Assembly (NCBI GenBank): GCA_041659525.1
Contig: JBAZYC010000001.1
Coordinates: 321,775-385,774 of the forward strand
Direction of reading: 5' to 3'
DNA length: 64,000 nucleotides
From: an archaeon
GTDB taxonomy: Archaea > Iainarchaeota > Iainarchaeia > Iainarchaeales > JAAZKV01
The position numbers were made by a program, and so were the translations under genes. Below are positions 9,864 to 18,636 of the stretch, one piece after another. A model generated the notes under the pieces. It was not told where the DNA came from and made no database searches. It worked only from the letters and a program-made list of their open reading frames with translations. How positions within the stretch are numbered: the first letter of the stretch is position 1; the number at the start of each line of letters is the position of its first letter.

Positions 9864-9879
9864 AAGCTTTTAAAAGCTT
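9864..9879 (-). promoter_or_regulatory. Palindromic TATA-like element upstream of tuf
   Basis: aagcttttaaaagctt is a 16-nt perfect palindrome with a TTTTAAAA core, ~115 nt upstream of the tuf ATG. Confidence 0.3.
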
Positions 9880-9927
9880 GGGCTTAACTCCGACTGAATT
9901 TAAGAGGAAAAACGAGTTATTTTGAAG

Positions 9928-10641
9928 TTAGCGCCTCAATCTGGTTTTTTTGAGCTTGATTCTTTTTTTAGCAATCGATTCTCTTTGATTAACTTTGTTT
10001 TGAAGAACAATTGCTGCATCAAATCTATCTCGCCTACTTGCTATGTTTAGGAGTTTTTCTCGTTCAAGTCTTGCTTGATTTGCTTCTTTGGATAGCTTAG
10101 TAGAAACCTCTTTTGCAGAGCTGTGTCCGGTTCTAATAATCTTAATTATCAAGTCTCTTTCTTTAAATGGAGCTAGATTTATTTTTGAACTAATCTTTTC
10201 ATTTGCCAGTTCTCTCACTAGCCCTTTAATGTGCCCAGCTCCAACTAAAACAACTAATTTTGGTTTCTTTAGGGTGTAAAGAATGGATTTTATATTACGC
10301 ACAAAAGCCTTTTCTCTTTGTGAACATAATTTTGATTCTTTTGCTGAATAATATTCATCTAAATGAGTAGTTTCTCCGTAATGAGAATTTGAAGAAACTT
10401 TTCGATGTCTTGTTATTAATGGAAAAGATTCTATAGGAACTAATTTTATATTTAATTTCCCACATTCATGAATAATTTCAATCAAAGCATTAGTTGGTGG
10501 TAAACCAAAATCCTTTTGGTTTGCTTCAACACACAAAACAGAATTCTTAGGAAGCTGCTTTATGTAATCAACTACTTCAGCGTGAGCTTCAAAAGATAAA
10601 TCGTGTACCCACGGAACTAATTCAACTTGAGGATTAACCAT
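9928..10641 (-). CDS. TraB/GumN/Tiki-superfamily-like protein, paralog A (tentative)
   Basis: 237-aa ORF. N-terminal VELVPWVHDL...SVLCVEA and later REKAFVRNIK...KLVVLVGAGHIKGL resemble the two GxxH-type motifs and the RExxM-like segment of TraB/PrgY/Tiki proteins. It ends in the basic tail KKRIKLKKTRLRR. This is a family call by eye only. Confidence 0.45.
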   Translation of the reverse strand: MVNPQVELVPWVHDLSFEAHAEVVDYIKQLPKNSVLCVEANQKDFGLPPTNALIEIIHECGKLNIKLVPIESFPLITRHRKVSSNSHYGETTHLDEYYSAKESKLCSQREKAFVRNIKSILYTLKKPKLVVLVGAGHIKGLVRELANEKISSKINLAPFKERDLIIKIIRTGHSSAKEVSTKLSKEANQARLEREKLLNIASRRDRFDAAIVLQNKVNQRESIAKKRIKLKKTRLRR

Positions 10642-10706
10642 ACCTAAACTTCTCTCAAAGTAATATTTAATCCTACTACAACTTAAAAAAAACTTTTAAA
10701 AAAGCT

Positions 10707-11444
10707 TCAGCGTCTCAATCTGGTTAATTTTGTTTTAATTCTTTTTTTAGCAGTGTATTGTCTTCGAATAATTTTTTTAATTAAAGCACTTCGCTCGATA
10801 GGTTCAACTCTTTTAGTCATAACTTCCATTATTCTCTTTAATTTGTTCACTTTATCCAATCTTTGAAATGAAGAGTTTTTTGTGAAAAGATTATGAGTAT
10901 GATCTAGTATTTTCAACATTAATCTTTTTTGTTTAAATGGAGCTAAAGTTATATTCGAACTAATTTTTTGGTTTGCTAATCCTTCAGCCACGCCATTAAT
11001 ATGAGAAGCTCCAACTAGAACAATTAATTTTGGTTCTTTTAGAGTATAAAGAGCAGATCTTATATTATTCACAAAAGCTTTTTCTCTCAACGCCCTAATT
11101 TTTGAAATTTTTAAATAAACAGACTCATCTAAACTAGATTTGTCATTCAAAGATTGGCGTTCAGCAGGATAGTAGTTTTTCAATAAATTCAAATGGTATC
11201 TTTCTACCACCGCAGGTGATTCTATTGGAATTAATTTAATATTTAATTTTTCACATTCATGAACAACATCCCAAAGAGCATTAAACTCTCCTTCATTTGG
11301 ATTAAATGCTAAATCTTTTTGAGTAGCTTCAACACACAAAACAGAATTCTTTGGAAGGGTCTTTATGTAATTAATTACTTCTGCATGAGCTTCCATTCCT
11401 AATTCGTGCACCCACGGAACTAATTCAACTTTCGCATTAACCAT
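10707..11444 (-). CDS. TraB/GumN/Tiki-superfamily-like protein, paralog B (tentative)
   Basis: 245-aa ORF clearly paralogous to 9928..10641 (MVNAKVELVPWVHELGMEAHAEVINYIKTLPKNSVLCVEA; LIVLVGASHINGV; tail KKRIKTKLTRLRR). The ~45-nt upstream leader is also duplicated. Confidence 0.45.
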   Translation of the reverse strand: MVNAKVELVPWVHELGMEAHAEVINYIKTLPKNSVLCVEATQKDLAFNPNEGEFNALWDVVHECEKLNIKLIPIESPAVVERYHLNLLKNYYPAERQSLNDKSSLDESVYLKISKIRALREKAFVNNIRSALYTLKEPKLIVLVGASHINGVAEGLANQKISSNITLAPFKQKRLMLKILDHTHNLFTKNSSFQRLDKVNKLKRIMEVMTKRVEPIERSALIKKIIRRQYTAKKRIKTKLTRLRR

Positions 11445-11569
11445 ACCTAAACTTCTCCCAAAGTAATACTTAATTCTACTGAATGGTAAGAAAGTCTAAA
11501 AAGTTTGTAAAAAGAAGAATAAAAAAATCTTCTAAAAAAAGAATTTCAAAGAAAGAATAAAAAAAGAAA

Positions 11570-11609
11570 ATTAAAAAAATAGAATCCCTGGAAGACTTTC
11601 GTCTTCCAG
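11570..11609 (-). terminator. Hairpin plus T-tract terminator after fusA
   Basis: Perfect 9-bp stem ctggaagac/gtcttccag with loop tttc (11588-11609), followed on the minus strand by GGGATTCTATTTTTTT. Confidence 0.65.
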
Positions 11610-11630
11610 AGCGTAATTGTTTTTTGGATT

Positions 11631-13835
11631 TTATTCCAAGAAGAATTGGAATGTTTTGATTTCGTCTGGCATTCCTTTTCTCTTTCTGATTTCTTTTACA
11701 GTTGCTAATTGCAAGTCTCTTGGCAATAGTTCGTAACCGTAGTATTCAGCAGTCCATACTGCTCTTCCTTGTGTTGCTCCTCTCATTGCGCTTGAGAATC
11801 CAATTAATTCTTTTACAGGTGCTTTTCCAATTATGATTGAAGAATCTCCTTCTTGTCTCATTTCTGTTATTTGTACTCTTCTTCCACCAAGTTCTCTACT
11901 TGCAGAACCTAATTGGTCTTCTGGCACTGTTACTGTTAGTAATTGTTTTGGCTCAAATAATTGTGTTCCTGTTTGTAGCATGCAAGCGTATATTCCTCTT
12001 GTCATTGCTGGCAATACTTGTGCTGGTCCTCTGTGGATTGAGTCTTCGTGCAGAGTTGCATCTTCTAGTGAAACAAATACTCCTTGGCATTTTTCTTTAG
12101 CTAGTGGTCCTTGTTCCATTGCGTCTTTGAATGCTTGGATTACAAGTTCTCTAATTTCGTGTAGAGCTGTTATTCCTCTAGTTCTATCAATTAATGCGTT
12201 TGTTCCTTCTACTGCCCAAACTTTCTTCGAGTCATCAGTACTGAATCCGTATTCTTGTAGTTTTGCAATTGATTCAGCGTTCTTGAATTTTACTTTCGCA
12301 TTGAATGGCTTTTCAGCTAACTTTGCGTAAATATCTTCAGGCATTGGAACTACTTTTAGCTTGAATTTGTTGTGTTTGTTTGGTGACTTTGCTTCAAGTA
12401 TTTCACTCGATCCAGCTATTCCTTCGTGGTAAACAACGATTGGTGCTGATGTTTGTATTTCTATTTTTGCATTGTTAGTTATTCTGTAGGTGTTTACTTC
12501 TAAGTGTAACTCTCCCATTCCAGAAAGCAAGTGTTCTCCTGTTTCTTGATTTATTGTTGTTCGTAAGTTAGGATCTTCTTTTGATAATTTGTGCAAAGCT
12601 TCAATTAACTTTGGTAAGTCTTTTGGATTCTTTGCTTCGATTGAAACTGTCATTACGGGTTCTGCATTACTCATGAAACTTTCAAATGGCTTCATGTCTT
12701 TTATTGTAGCAACTGTTTCTCCTGCGTAAACATCTTTTGTTCCTACGATTGCAGCAATGTTTCCTGCTTCTGCTTTTGAAACAGTAATGAATTCATTACC
12801 CATGTATACTCCAACTTTTTGCACTTTTACTTCTCTATGTGCTCCAAGTAAGTGAACCATATCCCCTGGGTGTAAAGTTCCTGAGTATACTCTTCCAGTA
12901 GCAACATCTCCTGCGTGTGGATCAACTGATACATCTGTTACAACCATTGAGATTGAACCTGATTGGTTACATGCTTGCATTGATTTTGCAATTTCTGTTT
13001 CCATCTCTCCGCCCCAAATCTTTTTTATTCTGTAGTTTTGTGCAACCATTGGATTTGGTAAGTGTTCTATAACCATTTGTAGTACTACTTCGTGTACTGG
13101 AGAAATTTTTGCAAGTTCCTCTTCTTTTTCTGTCTTCAAGTAATCATATACTTGTTTAAAATTAATTCCAGATTTTTTCATGTGTGCGGCGCTTACTCCC
13201 CACTTTCTTTTTGCTGATCCGAATGCAACTGTTCCTTTTTGGATACTTACTTGCCATTCTTGTTTGAATTGTTCAGGAGCGTTTCTTTCAATTAGCATAT
13301 TTACTTTTGCAATTACTTTTACAAATTTGTCCTGCATTTGTTGTTCAGTAGCGTTAAGTTCTTTTATAATTCTGTCAACTTTGTTAATGAATAGAACTGG
13401 TCTAACATATTCTCTTAGAGCTTGTCTTATTACTGTTTCAGTTTGTGGCATTACTCCTTCAACTGCATCAACTAATAATATTACTCCGTCAACCGCTCTC
13501 ATTGCTCTAATTACTTCTCCTGTAAAGTCAACGTGTCCTGGTGTGTCAATTAAATTTACTAAGTATTTTTGACTATTCCAATCAAATCCTAGTGAAATGT
13601 TTGCTGCGTTAATTGTAATTCCTCTTTCTTGCTCTTGATCTTCATAATCCATCATTTGCATTTCTCCAGCAAGTGCTGAGTTAATTAGTCCTGCTGCTGC
13701 GATCAAAGAATCGGATAGAGTTGTTTTACCGTGATCAATGTGGGCAACTGTCCCAATGTTTCTAATATTTACTCTGTTTGTCATTAAACTTTCTACTGTT
13801 TCTACCATCTGTTCTGTTCGTCCCAAAATGATCAC
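11631..13835 (-). CDS. fusA: Translation elongation factor aEF-2
   Basis: 734-aa ORF with AHIDHGKTTL, DTPGHVDF and NKVDR plus the diphthamide-loop region HEDSIHRGPAQ. Confidence 0.96.
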   Translation of the reverse strand: MIILGRTEQMVETVESLMTNRVNIRNIGTVAHIDHGKTTLSDSLIAAAGLINSALAGEMQMMDYEDQEQERGITINAANISLGFDWNSQKYLVNLIDTPGHVDFTGEVIRAMRAVDGVILLVDAVEGVMPQTETVIRQALREYVRPVLFINKVDRIIKELNATEQQMQDKFVKVIAKVNMLIERNAPEQFKQEWQVSIQKGTVAFGSAKRKWGVSAAHMKKSGINFKQVYDYLKTEKEEELAKISPVHEVVLQMVIEHLPNPMVAQNYRIKKIWGGEMETEIAKSMQACNQSGSISMVVTDVSVDPHAGDVATGRVYSGTLHPGDMVHLLGAHREVKVQKVGVYMGNEFITVSKAEAGNIAAIVGTKDVYAGETVATIKDMKPFESFMSNAEPVMTVSIEAKNPKDLPKLIEALHKLSKEDPNLRTTINQETGEHLLSGMGELHLEVNTYRITNNAKIEIQTSAPIVVYHEGIAGSSEILEAKSPNKHNKFKLKVVPMPEDIYAKLAEKPFNAKVKFKNAESIAKLQEYGFSTDDSKKVWAVEGTNALIDRTRGITALHEIRELVIQAFKDAMEQGPLAKEKCQGVFVSLEDATLHEDSIHRGPAQVLPAMTRGIYACMLQTGTQLFEPKQLLTVTVPEDQLGSASRELGGRRVQITEMRQEGDSSIIIGKAPVKELIGFSSAMRGATQGRAVWTAEYYGYELLPRDLQLATVKEIRKRKGMPDEIKTFQFFLE

Positions 13836-13954
13836 CTATAAAAATAATTCAACACAAAACTTTCTTTTTATTAACAAAAAAATTTTGCTTGAATAAAAAT
13901 AATGTATTGTGCCATTTTTTGGCACAAGTACTTTCTTAAATTTTGTAATATTAT

Positions 13955-14770
13955 TTATCTTGAAGCTTTTGCAATTCTTTCAACTTCATCTTTTCTCTTG
14001 ATTGCTGAGCTCTTCAAATCATTACTTGCTGCAGCGATTATTTCGTCTGCAAGTGCTTGTTCTGCACTAACTTTTTTATTGAATGATCCGCCAAATCCAC
14101 CTAATGCAATATTCTTTACAACTTCATCAAGTCTTTTTAGTGGTGAAACATCAACTGCTAGAGAGTAAGCTACTCCCCCTCTTTTTACTCTTGTAATATC
14201 TTCTCTTGGTGCAGCGTTTTCAATTGCTTTTACCAATACTTGGATAGGGTTTTGCTTTGTTTGTTTTTCAATTATTTCGAAAGCGTTTTCAACTATTTTC
14301 ATTGCTTCCATTTTCTTTCCGCATGAACCTCTTCCTCTAATAAATTTTCCAGACAATTTTCTTTTTCCTTGTCCACTTCTCATAATTTTGTTGATTAATC
14401 TTTCAACAATGTTTAAGTTTGCTTTTTCAAATCTTCCTCTTGTTTTTCTTCCAAATGAGTGTGGCATTACAACAGGGTCTAAGTTAACGTATCTTACTAA
14501 ACTTAGGTCAGATACTATTACATCTGCGAATGACCATTTGTTGAATAATTTGTATTCAGAGAATTGAGATTTTTTTCTAACAATAATTGGTTTTGCTTCT
14601 TCTTGAGGTTGTGGAGCACTGTCTTTTGCAAAATCTTTTTTTGCAACGAATTTTGTTTCCTTAGTTGCACTAACTTCTTTTGCAACAGGTTTTGATTCAA
14701 CGTGTGCTGCTTTTGGTACTTGTGCTTCTACTTTTGCTTCAACTTTTTGCTCCATTATCCTCATCTCCAA
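13955..14770 (-). CDS. rps7: 30S ribosomal protein uS7 with ~70-aa N-terminal extension
   Basis: The C-terminal ~195 aa are typical archaeal uS7 (LFNKWSF...VRYVNL..., KAIENAAPREDITRVKRGGVAYSLAVDVSPLKR). The preceding Lys/Glu/Ala/Pro-rich segment contains no internal ATG, GTG or TTG start. Confidence 0.9.
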   Translation of the reverse strand: MEMRIMEQKVEAKVEAQVPKAAHVESKPVAKEVSATKETKFVAKKDFAKDSAPQPQEEAKPIIVRKKSQFSEYKLFNKWSFADVIVSDLSLVRYVNLDPVVMPHSFGRKTRGRFEKANLNIVERLINKIMRSGQGKRKLSGKFIRGRGSCGKKMEAMKIVENAFEIIEKQTKQNPIQVLVKAIENAAPREDITRVKRGGVAYSLAVDVSPLKRLDEVVKNIALGGFGGSFNKKVSAEQALADEIIAAASNDLKSSAIKRKDEVERIAKASR

Positions 14771-14794
14771 AAAATCAATTATTTTTTATGAATT

Positions 14795-15226
14795 TTATCT
14801 CTTTGTCTTCTCTTTCTTTCCAGTTCTTAGCATCTCTAGTGAAATACCATTAACGTGTGTTACTCTATACTTTACTCCCCAAAGGTCTCCCTTAGGTCCG
14901 CCTTGAGCTCCCCCAAGTCCTTCAACGATTACTTCATCGTGTTCATCAATAAATTTTATTGCTCCATCATATGGTGCAAGTGCAGTTAGTTCTTTTCCAT
15001 TTTTAATTAATTGAACTCTTACACATTTTCTAATTCCTGAGTTTGGCTGCTTTGCTTCAACCCCTCTTTTTTCAAGTACAATTCCTTTTCCTTGTGGTGC
15101 GCCTTCAAGCAAGTCTTTAGTAATGTTGTTCTTTGCTCTTCCTTTCTTTATGCATCTATTGTCTTTTTTTCTCCACTTTATTCTCTTGTTTTCCATTGCT
15201 TTTCCTGCGAATTCTCCATAACCCAT
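14795..15226 (-). CDS. rps12: 30S ribosomal protein uS12
   Basis: 143-aa ORF ([38 protein letters not shown]...) at the head of the uS12-uS7-aEF2 unit. Confidence 0.92.
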   Translation of the reverse strand: MGYGEFAGKAMENKRIKWRKKDNRCIKKGRAKNNITKDLLEGAPQGKGIVLEKRGVEAKQPNSGIRKCVRVQLIKNGKELTALAPYDGAIKFIDEHDEVIVEGLGGAQGGPKGDLWGVKYRVTHVNGISLEMLRTGKKEKTKR

Positions 15227-15319
15227 TAGTAATCAACTCTTAACATTACACTAAATTTTTTTTCTTAAAGGAAACTTTTTCCTTTTAGCTCACCAATAAC
15301 TAAATCTTAAAAAGAAACC

Positions 15320-15327
15320 TTTATAAA
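15320..15327. promoter_or_regulatory. Shared or bidirectional TATA-box candidate (TTTATAAA) between rps12 and the Fic-like gene
   Basis: The palindromic octamer lies ~95 nt from the rps12 ATG (minus strand) and ~95 nt from the ATG at 15421 (plus strand). Confidence 0.3.
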
Positions 15328-15408
15328 TACTCACCAAAATACTCTCTTAGAGTTATCACCACAAGAACCACTTAGTAAAAGACACTCCATAGTCAAAATT
15401 TGTAAATT

Positions 15409-16161
15409 TTGGGAAAAATTATGGGTTATTTGTGTTCTAGAATTGTTAAAACCAAAAAATATTACTATTTGGAAGAATCTTTTTTGTTTAATGGCAAACT
15501 TACAAAAGAAAGTGTGTACCTTGGAAGCCTTTCTCCTTCAAATGATGAACTCTTTTTGGCTCAAGAGGTTCTTTCTCGAACCTGTCTTGAAAAAAATCAT
15601 GTAGTTCTCGTTCCTCCGCTCACAGAGTTTATTAGAAATAGAACTGCCAGCATCTTAGAGCAAGCAAAAAACAAAAATAAAGAAAAAAATTCTTTGTTAA
15701 ATCAAAAGCAATTAAAAGAATTTAAAAAAAATGAAAGAGAATTGTTTTTCAAAAACATTTTTTTAAAAGAAAACCCACTTCAAAACACTTCTTCACTTTC
15801 ACCAAATAAATTCAAAAGTTGTTTTTCTTTTTATGATAAAGAACTTTCAGAAAACAAATCCATTAGCATTGGATTAATTCATAAAATTCATTCTTTGCTT
15901 TTTAAAAAGAAAAAAGAAAATTCTAATTCTGAAGCGCTTTTGCATTTGATTCTAAAATGGTATTCTGAAAAAGATAATTTAATTCACCCAGTTGAGTTTG
16001 CTGCAAAATTTTATTTAAAATTTTTATCAATTAATCCTTTTGAAAACGAATTTGAAAATGAAATAGTTGGAATTATTTTAATGAATTATGTTTTAGAACA
16101 AAAAGGTTTTTCTTTTGTAATTATTTCTAAAAAAAGAAAAATAATTACAAAAAAGCACTAA
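15409..16161 (+). CDS. Fic/DOC-fold protein with degenerate active-site motif
   Basis: The N-terminus KTKKYYYLEESFLFNGKLTKESVYLGSL resembles archaeal Fic-family N-termini. IHPVEFAAKFYLKFLSINPFENEFENEIVGIILMNYVLEQKGF aligns by eye to ...HPFxDGNGRxxRLL..., with His->Asn and GNGR->EFEN. The likely start is the ATG at 15421. Confidence 0.5.
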   Translation: MGKIMGYLCSRIVKTKKYYYLEESFLFNGKLTKESVYLGSLSPSNDELFLAQEVLSRTCLEKNHVVLVPPLTEFIRNRTASILEQAKNKNKEKNSLLNQKQLKEFKKNERELFFKNIFLKENPLQNTSSLSPNKFKSCFSFYDKELSENKSISIGLIHKIHSLLFKKKKENSNSEALLHLILKWYSEKDNLIHPVEFAAKFYLKFLSINPFENEFENEIVGIILMNYVLEQKGFSFVIISKKRKIITKKH

Positions 16162-16285
16162 TTGCAGGAAAAATAGAAAATTATAATCCTTTAACAAAAA
16201 TATTAATTGAAGAAATAGTAAAAACTAATAAATAGTAAATTAAAATTAATTAAATTTTATTTTTAAAGATTAGTTTAAATTTTAT

Positions 16286-16690
16286 TTAATTTATTACAAG
16301 TTCAAGTCCAAAGTTTCTATTGATTAGTTCTTTTACTCTTTTTATTCTTGAATTGTTTTTGAATGCTTTTGATTTACTTGCAGCATCTAAAGTAACTACT
16401 AGTCTTTTTCCGTTTAATTTTGCTGCTGTAAAATTTACTTCAAGCGCATTTGCAAAAATATCTTCTGGTTTTTCAAAATAAGCAACGATTTCTACTCGTT
16501 TGTTTAATTTTTCTTCAAGTAGTTTTACATTAGCCGCAGCTTTTCCAATTGCTTTTCCTACTAGCGCGCTAGGCACTAAGTAAGAAATTAATTGGCCTTC
16601 AACTAAACAATCTTTTGGAGAAACGCCAGTTACTTTTTCAAGTGCGCTTCTCAAAAGGATGTCTTCCATTGTTATCTTCATCAAAATCAC
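16286..16690 (-). CDS. nusA: Archaeal NusA-like protein (two KH domains)
   Basis: ~130-aa ORF with KH-like GxxG segments (VGKAIGKAAANVK), in the conserved position between eL30 and rps12. Confidence 0.8.
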   Translation of the reverse strand: MILMKITMEDILLRSALEKVTGVSPKDCLVEGQLISYLVPSALVGKAIGKAAANVKLLEEKLNKRVEIVAYFEKPEDIFANALEVNFTAAKLNGKRLVVTLDAASKSKAFKNNSRIKRVKELINRNFGLELVIN

Positions 16691-16727
16691 AAAATTTTGT
16701 TCATACTTGATCTTTTTTAATTTTCAT

Positions 16728-17027
16728 TTATTGTATTTCAAGTATTTTGCTTTTACCTGCTTCAAGTATTAGCATTACTGAGATAACAAATGGTTTTCCG
16801 CATACACTACCTAGAACAAGTCCAGTGTCGTCGTATTCGTAGAACTTTTTGCTTTCAACGTTAGCTATTTGTTTTAGAGTTTCTTTCTCGTTTTTTGGTA
16901 AGTTTTTACTTACTATAACCATTTCTCCGTTTCCTGAAAGCAAGTTTTTCTTTGCTTGTTTGTAACCGAAGGATACTTTTCCAGTATCAACTGCTCTTCT
17001 TATTTCCTTATTTGCTTCAACACTCAT
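16728..17027 (-). CDS. rpl30e: 50S ribosomal protein eL30
   Basis: 99-aa ORF (AVDTGKVSFGYKQAKKNLLSGNGEMVIVSKNLP...) in the conserved position after rpoA''. Confidence 0.82.
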   Translation of the reverse strand: MSVEANKEIRRAVDTGKVSFGYKQAKKNLLSGNGEMVIVSKNLPKNEKETLKQIANVESKKFYEYDDTGLVLGSVCGKPFVISVMLILEAGKSKILEIQ

Positions 17028-17161
17028 TCAAATCACCTTTATTTGTTTTATTAATTTCTTTTATTTTTTGAGAAACTTCCTTTAGAAAGAGTAAAATGTT
17101 TGGTCCTTACTCCGCCCTACTTGGCTTCTCAAGGTTTAAATTAAAATAATTAATTTAATGA

Positions 17162-17196
17162 AGATTTATAAATCTGGCGAAAGATTCCCTCTCGCC
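17162..17196 (-). promoter_or_regulatory. Hairpin plus palindromic TATA element between rpoA'' and rpl30e
   Basis: The hairpin ggcga...tcgcc (17176-17196) follows the rpoA'' stop. On the minus strand it is followed by agatttataaatct (17162-17175, TTTATAAA core), ~140 nt upstream of the rpl30e ATG. Confidence 0.35.
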
Positions 17197-17223
17197 AAAT
17201 TACAAGTTTTACTTCATTTACCT

Positions 17224-18591
<1,368 letters not shown>

Positions 18592-18636
18592 TCACTCACC
18601 CGCATTTCAATTCATTATTATAAATTAACAGAGCAA

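Noticed and set aside
9928-11444. Tandem paralogs as a mobile element or insertion-sequence remnant
   Set aside because: There are no transposase- or integrase-like motifs, no terminal inverted repeats and no target duplications. The duplication includes only the gene plus its short leader.
11833-13572. Antisense ORFs inside fusA (11833..12330, 11837..12100 and 13180..13572)
   Set aside because: They lie opposite a conserved aEF-2 gene and have hydrophobic low-complexity products. There are no start-site signals.
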